From Methanobacteriota archaeon (GTDB lineage Archaea; Thermoplasmatota; Thermoplasmata; Methanomassiliicoccales; UBA472), in assembly GCA_029560215.1 (NCBI GenBank), contig JAKPZB010000068.1, positions 1 to 44,770 on the forward strand: a DNA stretch of 44,770 nt, given 5' to 3'. Each line of letters begins with the position of its first letter. The first letter of the stretch is position 1. The notes beneath the pieces were generated by a model. The model did not search any database and was not told the origin of the DNA. It saw only the letters and a list, made by a program, of their open reading frames with translations. Below are positions 18,071-26,457 of the stretch, one piece after another. A program made the position numbers and the translations under genes.

Positions 18071-20020
18071 GTGCGCGCGGTTCTCTGCTTTACAATCGTA
18101 ATGGTGATCCTGCTGGCGATGCCGATGATGCCCGCGGGGGCTTCAGGCTTCGAGAACGAAGGGGGCGTGATGGTCACACGGGTATGCGCGTCCTACCCGG
18201 GCGAGTTCATCACCCTGACCAATCATGGACCTTCCCGGGACATCGGAGGATGGCGGCTCAGCGACGGTGAGGGAAGCATCGTCATAAACGGCTCCCTGGT
18301 CCTTCCCGCCGGCGGAAGCTTCACCTGGTGCGCCCCTGGCTCCTTCTTCCCCGAGCTATATCCGGAGGAAATGCGAGCGTCGAACGGCGATCCCTCGGTG
18401 GTCTCCAAAGGAAATATGAAGTTGGCCGACGCCGGCGACCAGGTTTACCTTTTCGATGCGAACGGCACGCTGCGGGACCTGGTCTGCTACGGCAACGTGG
18501 AACCGCAGCCTCCCTGGACCGGTCCGCCGGCAACCCTCAAGAAAGGCAGCGTCCTGGTCAGGACCGCCGGCGGGAACGGTCCGGAGAACTGGGAGATGGC
18601 CGTTCCCGGGCTGTTCTCGGTCTCCTCTCCGCCGATCCCGGCCCAGGTCGTTCCGCTGCTCTACCCCGACGACGCCTTGCCCGAGCTTATCAGGCAGATC
18701 GACCTTTCGCGTAACAGCATCGAACTGGCCTGCTATCTGGTGGAGAACTGGACCTTGGCCAGGCATCTGGCCGGAGCCTCCGCCCGCGGGGTGAAGGTGA
18801 CGGTCCTGCTGGAAGGAAGGCCGGTCGGCGGCGTATCCGTTAACGGGGCGGCCATAGCCTATCACCTGCAGGATTCGGGGGCGGAGGTCTGGACCATGCG
18901 TTCGGCCGATTCCTTCCGGCGCTACGACTATCTGCACGCCAAATACGTCGTCTTCGATCGGGAGCGCCTGTTCGTGGCCTCGGAGAACATGGCCGATTCC
19001 AGCTTCGGCAGCAACCGCGGCTGGGCGGTACTGGTCGAAAGCGCGCGGATATGCTCCTACGCCGAGGACGTTTTCCGAAGGGACCTCGCCGCCCAGGGGG
19101 TCGACGTGTTTCCCCTGAACACCAGTCTGGCCAGGGCCGAGGGGGGTCCCGGTCGGCTGCTCGGGGTGATGCCTCCCGCTCCCGCGGCATATCCCGCGAA
19201 CGCCTCGCTGCTGACCTCGCCCTACGGCCTGCAGGACGAGCTCGTGAAGGTCATCTCCGGAGCTCAGGAGCGCGTGCTGGTCCAGCAGATGCGCATCGAA
19301 GAGGATTGGCTGGACGGTTCGCCGGTAATTTCCGCTCTGCTCTCGGCGGCCGAGCGGGGCGTGAAGGTGCGGGTCCAGCTCGATTCGGGCCTCGGCACCG
19401 AAGAGGGGAACTCCCTGGTCGCGGAAACGCTCGAGCAGCGGGCGAGGGAGGAACGTTGGGACCTGGAGTGCCGCCTGACCGGCGACCTCTCCCCGTTCGG
19501 AAGGCTGCACAACAAGGGGGTGATCGTCGACGACACGGTGGTGGTGGGGAGCGCCAACTGGGTGGACGGCTCGATGGAGCGCAACCGGGAGATGGCGGTG
19601 GTGCTCCGCTCGGCGGAACTGGCCGATATCTTCGTTCAATGGTTCGAGGAGGATTGGAAAGGCGACGCCTCGCCTCCGGTCATCGTCCTGCCGTGGCATT
19701 ACACGGAAGCCATCGCCGGCGAACCGGTCGTCCTGGACGCCACCGGGTGTTACGACGGCTCCGGGGTGGCGAACGTCACCTGGGACCTGGATGGTGATGG
19801 CCTCGCGGACCTCTGGGGTCCGATGCAGGTGATGACCCTGAGGGAGGGGCAGCATAACATCACCCTGCGGGTGGAGGACTCGCTGGGCAATGTTGCCTCG
19901 GACCACATCATCGTATACGTGAAAGCGTCCTCGACGGCAACGGTCCCCTGGCTTCTTTACGCGCCTTTACCCCTGATCTTTTCGTTCATCCTGCTCAGGA
20001 GGTGGAGCAGAAGGCTTTAG
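18071..20020 (+). CDS. Secreted, membrane-anchored phospholipase D-family protein (lamin-tail-like domain, two HKD motifs, PKD-like domain, C-terminal TM)
   Basis: Signal peptide; EFITLTN..DIGGWRLSD; HAKYVVFD and HNKGVIVD..GSANW..NRE; WDLDGDG; C-terminal TM with basic tail. Confidence 0.85.
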   Translation: MRAVLCFTIVMVILLAMPMMPAGASGFENEGGVMVTRVCASYPGEFITLTNHGPSRDIGGWRLSDGEGSIVINGSLVLPAGGSFTWCAPGSFFPELYPEEMRASNGDPSVVSKGNMKLADAGDQVYLFDANGTLRDLVCYGNVEPQPPWTGPPATLKKGSVLVRTAGGNGPENWEMAVPGLFSVSSPPIPAQVVPLLYPDDALPELIRQIDLSRNSIELACYLVENWTLARHLAGASARGVKVTVLLEGRPVGGVSVNGAAIAYHLQDSGAEVWTMRSADSFRRYDYLHAKYVVFDRERLFVASENMADSSFGSNRGWAVLVESARICSYAEDVFRRDLAAQGVDVFPLNTSLARAEGGPGRLLGVMPPAPAAYPANASLLTSPYGLQDELVKVISGAQERVLVQQMRIEEDWLDGSPVISALLSAAERGVKVRVQLDSGLGTEEGNSLVAETLEQRAREERWDLECRLTGDLSPFGRLHNKGVIVDDTVVVGSANWVDGSMERNREMAVVLRSAELADIFVQWFEEDWKGDASPPVIVLPWHYTEAIAGEPVVLDATGCYDGSGVANVTWDLDGDGLADLWGPMQVMTLREGQHNITLRVEDSLGNVASDHIIVYVKASSTATVPWLLYAPLPLIFSFILLRRWSRRL

Positions 20021-20044
20021 TTAGGCGAACGGGATTCGGCGGCG

Positions 20045-20479
20045 TTGCAATTACGTCACTACCAGAACCGGGACCTGGCCGACGTTTGGCAGGTCGCCTC
20101 GGAATCGCTCCGAGAGCGGTACGACCCCACCATCTTCACCCAGCTGGTGCCCTTCTGGCCTGACGGTCTATTGGTCATCGAGGACCTGGGAAGGGTGGTG
20201 GCCTTCGTCTTCGGGATCATGAGCGGGCCGCAACAGGCCCGGGTGCTCATGCTGGCGGTGGACCGCGGCTACCGGGGCGCCGGGCTCGGAACGCTCCTTA
20301 CGCAGGAGTTCTTCCGGGAGTGCGGTAATAAGGGCATCAGGCAGGTCTCCCTGGAGGTCAGGGCCAGCAACGTCGGGGCGCAGCGCTTCTATCAGCGTTT
20401 GGGCTTCTTCGCGGTCCGTCGCGTCTCCGGGTACTACTCGGACGGGGAGGACGGGATCCTCCTGCTCCGCTACCTCTAG
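20045..20479 (+). CDS. GNAT N-acetyltransferase, RimI/Ard1-like
   Basis: LAVDRGYRGAGLG, LEVRASNVGAQRFYQRLGF, YYSDGED. Confidence 0.9.
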   Translation: MQLRHYQNRDLADVWQVASESLRERYDPTIFTQLVPFWPDGLLVIEDLGRVVAFVFGIMSGPQQARVLMLAVDRGYRGAGLGTLLTQEFFRECGNKGIRQVSLEVRASNVGAQRFYQRLGFFAVRRVSGYYSDGEDGILLLRYL

Positions 20480-21987
20480 TGGAACATGGAGTCCTTGGTC
20501 TCGTTCCAGAAGTAATAGGGCGATTTCTCCTTCTGCGCCGAGGATATGTCCGTTCCCAGGCCCTTGGTGTAGGAACCATAGCGGTCCTTGATCTGCTCCT
20601 CGGCGCTCTTGCTCCGCTCCACCGCCTTGGCGATGTGCGCCGCCGTGATCATGGGAGCGTTCTCCACCATGGCCAGGTCACCCGCGGCGCGGATCAGCCC
20701 GCCCAGCTCCCTCAGCCGGAGCGTCAGGGCGTTGTTGATGTTGTCGACCTTGACCGCCCTGGCCCTGGCCTCCTTGATTATCGCCTCGATGGCCGAGGCG
20801 TCGGCGTGAGGTATCCGCCCGTCGGAGACGATCTCCTGGGCGATGAACTGGACCAGCCGGCCGCGGTTCTCCTCGGTGTCGGGCATGGCGGTGTTGACCA
20901 GCACCTCGTAGCCGTTGCCGCAGACGCGGGAGCGCAGCGGCGACAGAACCTGCTCAAGGTCCTGGATGTTGCAGGCGCCCACGAAAATGAAGTTGCAGGG
21001 CACGTTCTCCACTTTTACTGAGGCTCCGGCGCTCTGCGGGTTGCGGCCGGATATCGGGAAGCGCCTTTCCTGCATGGCGGTCAGGATGAACCTTTGGAGA
21101 TGCCCCAGATGAGGGAGCTCGTCGATGAACAGCACGCCCTCGTGCGCCTCGTGGATGGCTCCCGGGACGACGCGGTCGTACGGCTGCGTTCCCAGCTGGG
21201 CGTGACCTCCGTACGGGTCGTGACGAACGTCGCCAAGAAGCTCGGTCTCCGAGGATCCGGTGGCCAGGACGAACGGGTTGCGGTCCAGGCGCACGATGAC
21301 CTTGCGGGGGGATTGCTTCTCCCAGTCCCTGCGCTTCTCCAGGGCGTCCTGGTCCAGCAGCCGGATCATCTCGCCGCATCTTTCGAAGACCACCACCTCC
21401 TCCTTCCCGAAGCGGGTGCGGGTGGTGGTCACTCGTTCCTTACCGGCCGTTCCGGTGAGACCGGCGGCGTTCATCTGTTCGAAAAGGCCGCTCATCAGAT
21501 CCCCGAACGGATTGTTGGCGGCGACGTCCGCGCCCTTGCCCTTCTGGCACTTGGGGCAGATACGTTCCTTTGGAGAGGAATAGGCGCCGCAGTTGCGGCA
21601 CCGGTAGCCCAAGCGCTCGGTGACGTTCACCGGAGCGTTCTTGGGCTCGATGAGCTCGCCCTCGGCGAACTCCTTGGTCTTTGACTCGGAACTGACCTCG
21701 TCCGCGTTCTTCACTTCTACCAGAGGTCGCTCCGGGTTCTCCGGGTTGTGCACCACTCGGATCTCCTGAGTGGGGCGGGAAAGGTGCAACGCCAGGGCCT
21801 GCGCGATCATGGACTTGCCCGTTCCGGGCGGTCCCACCAGCAGCAGGTGCCGGCGTTGCTTGGCGGCTATGCGGGCCAGGGTCACGGCCTCCTCCTGGCC
21901 GATCACCCGGAGAAGGGGATCGGCGGGTATGGAGACCTGGGCGGTGCTCTCCAAGCTCCGCCAATCCACCCTGTCCGCGCCGCTCAT
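20476..21987 (-). CDS. LonB-like AAA+ ATPase lacking the protease domain, with a zinc-ribbon insert
   Basis: VIGQEEA, GPPGTGKS, LLGDVRHDPY, PGAIHEAHEGVLFIDE, LTLRLRELGGL.RAAGD; CRNC...CPKC insert; ends at 503 aa with no Ser-Lys protease domain. Confidence 0.85.
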   Translation of the reverse strand: MSGADRVDWRSLESTAQVSIPADPLLRVIGQEEAVTLARIAAKQRRHLLLVGPPGTGKSMIAQALALHLSRPTQEIRVVHNPENPERPLVEVKNADEVSSESKTKEFAEGELIEPKNAPVNVTERLGYRCRNCGAYSSPKERICPKCQKGKGADVAANNPFGDLMSGLFEQMNAAGLTGTAGKERVTTTRTRFGKEEVVVFERCGEMIRLLDQDALEKRRDWEKQSPRKVIVRLDRNPFVLATGSSETELLGDVRHDPYGGHAQLGTQPYDRVVPGAIHEAHEGVLFIDELPHLGHLQRFILTAMQERRFPISGRNPQSAGASVKVENVPCNFIFVGACNIQDLEQVLSPLRSRVCGNGYEVLVNTAMPDTEENRGRLVQFIAQEIVSDGRIPHADASAIEAIIKEARARAVKVDNINNALTLRLRELGGLIRAAGDLAMVENAPMITAAHIAKAVERSKSAEEQIKDRYGSYTKGLGTDISSAQKEKSPYYFWNETKDSMFH

Positions 21988-21989
21988 GT

Positions 21990-23495
21990 TCAGTTCAGGT
22001 CGTCCTTGGACCAGACGTCGGTCCCGGCCGGCTGCTTGGTGATGTTGCCCATCTTAGTGCCGACTATGGTACCGATCTTCAGGTCGGAGGCCAGGTCCAG
22101 TATCCTCTGGGTTATGATGCCGTCGAAGACGACCGCGGACACCGGGTCCTTCTCCTCCTTCAGGGTGTTGACCAGCTCCTTCACCGTCACTTCCTTCATG
22201 ATCCCGCCCATGGCGTCGATGATGCGGGCCTTGGAGGTAGAGGACAGATCGTTTATCATGCCCTTGAACTTCTCCTGCGCGCCGGAGAGCTGCTTGCGGG
22301 AAACGGGCTTCCGCTCCTCGAGCTCCTTCTCCTCCACGGGGGGTCGTTCCTGCCGGTCGGCCCGGGGCTCGCGCTCCTGGCGCGGCTCCCTCTCCTGGCG
22401 GGGCTCCTCGCGTTCCCTCCGCTCCTGGCGAGGCTCGCGCTCGCGGCGCTCCTGCCTCTCCTGGCGCGGCTCCCTCGGTTCCCTCTCCTGGCGGGGCTCC
22501 TCGCGCTCCCGGCGTTCCAGGCGGGGTTCGTGCTCGGCCTTCGGCTCCTCTTCCTTTTCCTTCTCGCGGTCCGCCTTCTCGGCCTTCTCGAAGCGTTCCA
22601 GCTTCTCGGCCTTGTTGACGCTGGGCTCCAGTCTCTTCTCCTTGTCCTTGCCCTCTCCGACATCCAGGTTGAACATCTCGATGAACTGGTCGCCGGGGAT
22701 CTTGTTCCGCAGGCACTTCATGATCTGCTTCTGGGTGAGCTCTTCCACCTCGTGGGCGCGCGGGGCGCGGGCAACGAAGTCGACCTCGGCCACCTGGAAC
22801 AGCTCGCGCAGGATCAGTTCCCCGCCGCGATCGCCGTCGACGAAGGCGGTGATGACCCGCTCCTTGCTGAGGTCCATGATGGTCTTGGGAACGTTGGTTC
22901 CCTCCACGGCGATAGCGTTCTTGATGCCCGACTTGAGCAGGTTCAGCACGTCGGAGCGGCCCTCCACCACGATGATGGCGTCGGACTCGGCGACGTTCGG
23001 TCCTGCCGGCAGGCGGTCCTTGCCGTAGTAGGTTATCTCTTCCACCTGGACGGACTGGCGCACGCTCTCGGTGAGGTCGATCCCGGAGGTCTTGGACTGC
23101 TTTATGAGCTCGGTCAAAAGCTCCCTGGCCCTCTCGATGATCTTCTCGCGCTTGACGACGCGCACGTCCTCGATGGACTCCACGTTGATCTTGGCCTTGC
23201 ACGGGCCCACCCGGTCGATGGTCTCCAGCGCGGAAGCCAGGATGACGGTCTCCACTTGGTCTAAGCTAGATGGTATCAGTATCTGTCCTTCGGACTTGCC
23301 CTGCCGGGAGTGGACGTCCACCTCGATCCTGCCGATCCTGCCGCTCTTCTGCAGGTCCCTCAGGTCGAGCTCGTCGCCCAACAATCCCTCGGTCTGCCCG
23401 AATATCGCTCCCACCACGTCCGGTTTTTCGACAATGCCGTCAGCGTTAAGCTTGGCCTTGACCAGATACTTGGTGGTGCTTGGGTCAATGTTCAT
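21990..23495 (-). CDS. dnaG: Archaeal DnaG (TOPRIM; exosome-associated)
   Basis: VEKPDVVGAIFGQTEGLLG.ELDLRDLQKSGRIGRI, VVEGRSDV, DGDRGG, VFDGIITQR. Confidence 0.96.
   Translation of the reverse strand: MNIDPSTTKYLVKAKLNADGIVEKPDVVGAIFGQTEGLLGDELDLRDLQKSGRIGRIEVDVHSRQGKSEGQILIPSSLDQVETVILASALETIDRVGPCKAKINVESIEDVRVVKREKIIERARELLTELIKQSKTSGIDLTESVRQSVQVEEITYYGKDRLPAGPNVAESDAIIVVEGRSDVLNLLKSGIKNAIAVEGTNVPKTIMDLSKERVITAFVDGDRGGELILRELFQVAEVDFVARAPRAHEVEELTQKQIMKCLRNKIPGDQFIEMFNLDVGEGKDKEKRLEPSVNKAEKLERFEKAEKADREKEKEEEPKAEHEPRLERREREEPRQEREPREPRQERQERREREPRQERREREEPRQEREPRQEREPRADRQERPPVEEKELEERKPVSRKQLSGAQEKFKGMINDLSSTSKARIIDAMGGIMKEVTVKELVNTLKEEKDPVSAVVFDGIITQRILDLASDLKIGTIVGTKMGNITKQPAGTDVWSKDDLN
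22345..22530 (-). repeat. Coding tandem repeat, EPRQER units in the DnaG linker
   Basis: Five exact EPRQER copies plus EPRLER and EPRADR variants; boundaries approximate. Confidence 0.8.
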
Positions 23496-23505
23496 CTTAT
23501 CACCT

Positions 23506-23694
23506 CTGTCGAGCTGGAAAAGGAGAATGGCTTTCGCACACCAAGGTCCACTATGCCCATCAAGACCAATGTCCTGACGAACCTGAACGGGTTTTCCATC
23601 CGTTACCCGGCCGTAGCTGGCCGCGCGATGAAAGGGTGATAGTGATCATGTGATATAGGAAAGCCCGGCTCATTTTCCAGGCTTTGATTGACAG
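23506..23694 (-). ncRNA. Candidate structured 5' leader of the dnaG-Lon ATPase operon
   Basis: Nested long-range complementarity 23506-12/23688-94, 23514-21/23673-80, 23529-35/23659-65, plus internal hairpins; TATA at 23715-22. Confidence 0.4.
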
Positions 23695-23769
23695 TACCTT
23701 AAAAATTCATGACCTTTATATACTTTATGTCTCGACGAACGCTCGGTGAGAAATCTGGCGTCGGGGCCG

Positions 23770-23979
23770 TCAGCCGCCCGAGGCCACCTTGACGATCCGC
23801 AGCTGGTCTCCGTTGAGCAGGGGGGAGTCCACCGGCACCGGGGTCTTGCCGCGGACCACGATGTGCGCGTCCGGGTACAGGCCCAGGGAATCGAGCATCG
23901 CCTCCACCGTGGAACCTTCCGGAAGGCGCATCTCCTTGGCCTTTCGATCGACCTCCACCGTAAGCACGATATCGCTCAT
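23770..23979 (-). CDS. ThiS/MoaD/SAMP-like ubiquitin-fold protein
   Basis: 69 aa, beta-grasp pattern, C-terminal VASGG; ATG 23979. Confidence 0.88.
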   Translation of the reverse strand: MSDIVLTVEVDRKAKEMRLPEGSTVEAMLDSLGLYPDAHIVVRGKTPVPVDSPLLNGDQLRIVKVASGG

Positions 23980-24101
23980 CGGCACGTTCAAGCGCAACGG
24001 TCAATTAATCCTTTTTGTTCCAAAAGGACATCCTTTCCTGAATCGCCCGTTCCATTCAAAATCGTCAAGTTTGAAATATGAGCAGGGAAATGCCCATGCA
24101 A

Positions 24102-24208
24102 GCCAAGGTAGCCTAGTCCGGAAAGGCGGTAGCCTCGAATCGGCCACAGGCCGAAGGGACAGCTACTGACTTCACGTCTCGGGAGTTCAAATCTCCTCCT
24201 TGGCGCCA
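24102..24208 (+). tRNA. tRNA-Ser(CGA) with a 21-nt intron at 37/38 (24140-24160) and encoded CCA
   Basis: Acceptor GCCAAGG/CCTTGGC; D stem GCCT/AGGC; anticodon stem GTAGC/GCTAC with CGA at 24136-38; long variable arm GAC-TTCAC-GTC; T loop TTCAAAT; discriminator G. Confidence 0.92.
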
Positions 24209-24212
24209 CTTT

Positions 24213-24767
24213 TCACACGATGCCTTTGAAGAACCCTGGTCCGAGGAGCCGTTCCTGAATGTCGTTGGCGAAGGCCTCGGCCACCTGATAATAGCTCTTC
24301 CCGAACTCCCTCTCCATGAACCTCTCGTACTGCACGTGGACCTTGGCGTCGGTCTCCAGCTGCAGCAGGTTCTCGATGACCGGGAAGACCTGGTTCTCCT
24401 CCTCGCAGATGTGCACCGTCATATGTTCGACGAGCTTGCGCGCCTCCCTTTCCGCCTTGGGCACGTCGTCATCTTCCAGGGCTTTAAGCGCGCTCCTCAT
24501 CATCCGCCGGGCCTGGGCGTGCTCCTTCTTCAGCCTGGCAAACGTTTCCGCCACCTTGGGGCACTCCTCGGCCGCCGCGGGAAAGAGGAACCTCTCCTCC
24601 TTGGCATGATGGAACCTATCCAAGAATTGCTCGAGGAAGGCCATCGCCTCTTGGAACTCGGCGGGATGCCTTTCCGCCCGGTGGGAGCGGAGCAGCTCTC
24701 CCACCACGTCCAGGACCTGACGGACGATACCGTGGTCGTATTGAAGGAGGGTCACCGAGATCCTCAT
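24213..24767 (-). CDS. Hemerythrin-domain protein
   Basis: DH, FHHAKEERFLFP, EH, HICEEENQVFP. Confidence 0.9.
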   Translation of the reverse strand: MRISVTLLQYDHGIVRQVLDVVGELLRSHRAERHPAEFQEAMAFLEQFLDRFHHAKEERFLFPAAAEECPKVAETFARLKKEHAQARRMMRSALKALEDDDVPKAEREARKLVEHMTVHICEEENQVFPVIENLLQLETDAKVHVQYERFMEREFGKSYYQVAEAFANDIQERLLGPGFFKGIV

Positions 24768-24808
24768 GCTGGAAACTAGGGACGCACACCTTATTATTGA
24801 TTTGGCCC

Positions 24809-25591
24809 TCAGCGGGCGCCGTACCCTTCCAGGTCCAGGGCCACTTTCCGGTAGCCCAGTTTCTTCAGGGCCTGCGCCACCTTCTCCCGCTCCTGGAACA
24901 GCCTCGGTATCTCCTCGGGGGCCACCTCCACCCTGGCCCAGTACTCGTGGTCCCGCACCCGCAGGTTCTTGAACTTGAACGGAGCGAGGGCCGCCTCGGC
25001 CCGCTCCACCCTTCTCAGGATGGTCGAGGTGATGCGCACGTCGTACGGGACCCTGGTGGCCAGGCAGGTATTGCTCGGCTGGTCCCAGTTCGGAAGTCCC
25101 AGCTCCTTCAGCAGAGCCCGCACCTCCGCCTTGTTGAGCCCCGCGTCGATGAGCGGAGAGCGGATGTTGAGGTCCATGAGGGCCGCCCGTCCCGGACGCA
25201 CCTCCTTCAGGTCGTCGAGGTGACTGCCCTCGAGTATGGTGGAGATGTCCAGCTCACGGGCCTCCTTCTTGATCTTGCTGAAGATGGCGCTCTTGCAGAC
25301 GTAGCAGCGGTCCTCCCAGTTGCGCACGAACTGCCCGTCGTTGACCAGGTCGACCTTGAGGGTGATCAGGTCCACGCCCATCCGCTCGGCCAGATGGACC
25401 GCCCTGCTCTGCTCCTCCGGGAAGAAGATCTCGCCGATGGCCATGAACGCGGTCACCTCCGCTCCGGAATCCAGGGCGGCCTTGAGCAGGAGGGTGCTGT
25501 CCGCCCCGCCCGAGAAGGCCACGGCCACCTTGCCCATGTCCTTGACGCTCTTCACCAGGGTATCGTACTTCGCGCGCGTTCCGGGTTCCAT
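24809..25591 (-). CDS. larE: LarE-family ATP-dependent sulfur transferase
   Basis: PP-loop AFSGGADS, RCYVCK, RPG..A, SNTCLATRVPY, LRVRDH, ALDLEGY; start ATG 25591. Confidence 0.88.
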   Translation of the reverse strand: MEPGTRAKYDTLVKSVKDMGKVAVAFSGGADSTLLLKAALDSGAEVTAFMAIGEIFFPEEQSRAVHLAERMGVDLITLKVDLVNDGQFVRNWEDRCYVCKSAIFSKIKKEARELDISTILEGSHLDDLKEVRPGRAALMDLNIRSPLIDAGLNKAEVRALLKELGLPNWDQPSNTCLATRVPYDVRITSTILRRVERAEAALAPFKFKNLRVRDHEYWARVEVAPEEIPRLFQEREKVAQALKKLGYRKVALDLEGYGAR

Positions 25592-25685
25592 CAGCCCAAT
25601 AACCAACAAATGCCTATTTCATCTTGCGCTTTAGTACGCGGGCAACTACAAAGCGTAAAATATCCCGGTAATCCTCCGAGGTCCG

Positions 25686-26453
25686 ATGAACGTCCGCGAT
25701 GTCTTGGAATCCTACCGCCAGGGCAAGATCGATCTGCAGAGGGCCGAGCAGCTGCTCCGGATGGACTTCCTTGAACGGGTCGGCGAGCACACGCTCTTCG
25801 ACCACGCCCGCGAAGCTAGAAGAGGTATTCCCGAGGTCATCTGGGGCGAGAACAAGTCCCCCGCCATGGTGGCCGAGATCGTTTCCGCCATCCTCAAGGA
25901 CCGCGACGCGGTCCTGATCTCCAGAGCTTCTCCGGACCACGTAAAGGTCCTTAAGGCCACAGTGGACGAGGAGCACGTTCGGTACATCGAACGCTCCAAG
26001 CTCATAGTGGTGGACCGTCGCAAGGATCGGCCTAAGATCGGCAAGATAGGGATACTCACCGCCGGTTCCTCCGACATTGCGGTGGCGGAAGAGGCCAAGG
26101 CCATGGCCGAGGTCATGGGCTGCGAGGTCCTGACGGAATACGACATCGGGGTGGCGGCATTGCACCGCTTCCTCGATCCTCTCTCGAAGATGCTCGACCA
26201 GGGGGTGGACGCCTTGGTGGTGGTGGCCGGGATGGAAGGGGCGCTTCCCACCGTGGTCTCCGGGCTGGCCGACGTTCCCATAATCGGCGTCCCCACCTCC
26301 GTGGGCTACGGCTACGGCGGGAAGGGCGAGGCGGCCTTGATGGGCATGCTCCAGACCTGCTCCCCCGGCCTGGTCGTGGTCAACATCGACAACGGCATAG
26401 CCGCCGGGGCCACCGCCGCCCTGATCAGCCTGCGTTGCCGGCGGAAGGGGTGA
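25686..26453 (+). CDS. larB: Nickel-pincer cofactor biosynthesis carboxylase LarB
   Basis: DHAREARRGIPEVI, AGSSD, DIGVA.LHR, AGMEGALP, VPTSVGYG, VVNIDNG. Confidence 0.93.
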   Translation: MNVRDVLESYRQGKIDLQRAEQLLRMDFLERVGEHTLFDHAREARRGIPEVIWGENKSPAMVAEIVSAILKDRDAVLISRASPDHVKVLKATVDEEHVRYIERSKLIVVDRRKDRPKIGKIGILTAGSSDIAVAEEAKAMAEVMGCEVLTEYDIGVAALHRFLDPLSKMLDQGVDALVVVAGMEGALPTVVSGLADVPIIGVPTSVGYGYGGKGEAALMGMLQTCSPGLVVVNIDNGIAAGATAALISLRCRRKG

Positions 26454-26457
26454 GCTC

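Noticed and set aside
22345..22530. Repeats as a possible CRISPR array
   Set aside because: In-frame coding repeats with synonymous variation and no unique spacers; no cas genes; no array elsewhere in the window
23574..23634. CTGACGA...GAAA as a hammerhead ribozyme core; AGGAAAGCCC as RNase P RNA
   Set aside because: Stem II is not closed directly before GAAA; RNase P elements are in the wrong order and the region is too short
24593..24605. 13-bp copy of the tRNA-Ser 3' end (TCTCCTCCTTGGC) as an att site
   Set aside because: Lies inside the hemerythrin gene and encodes its conserved AKEE motif; only 400 bp away with no integrase, so likely coincidence
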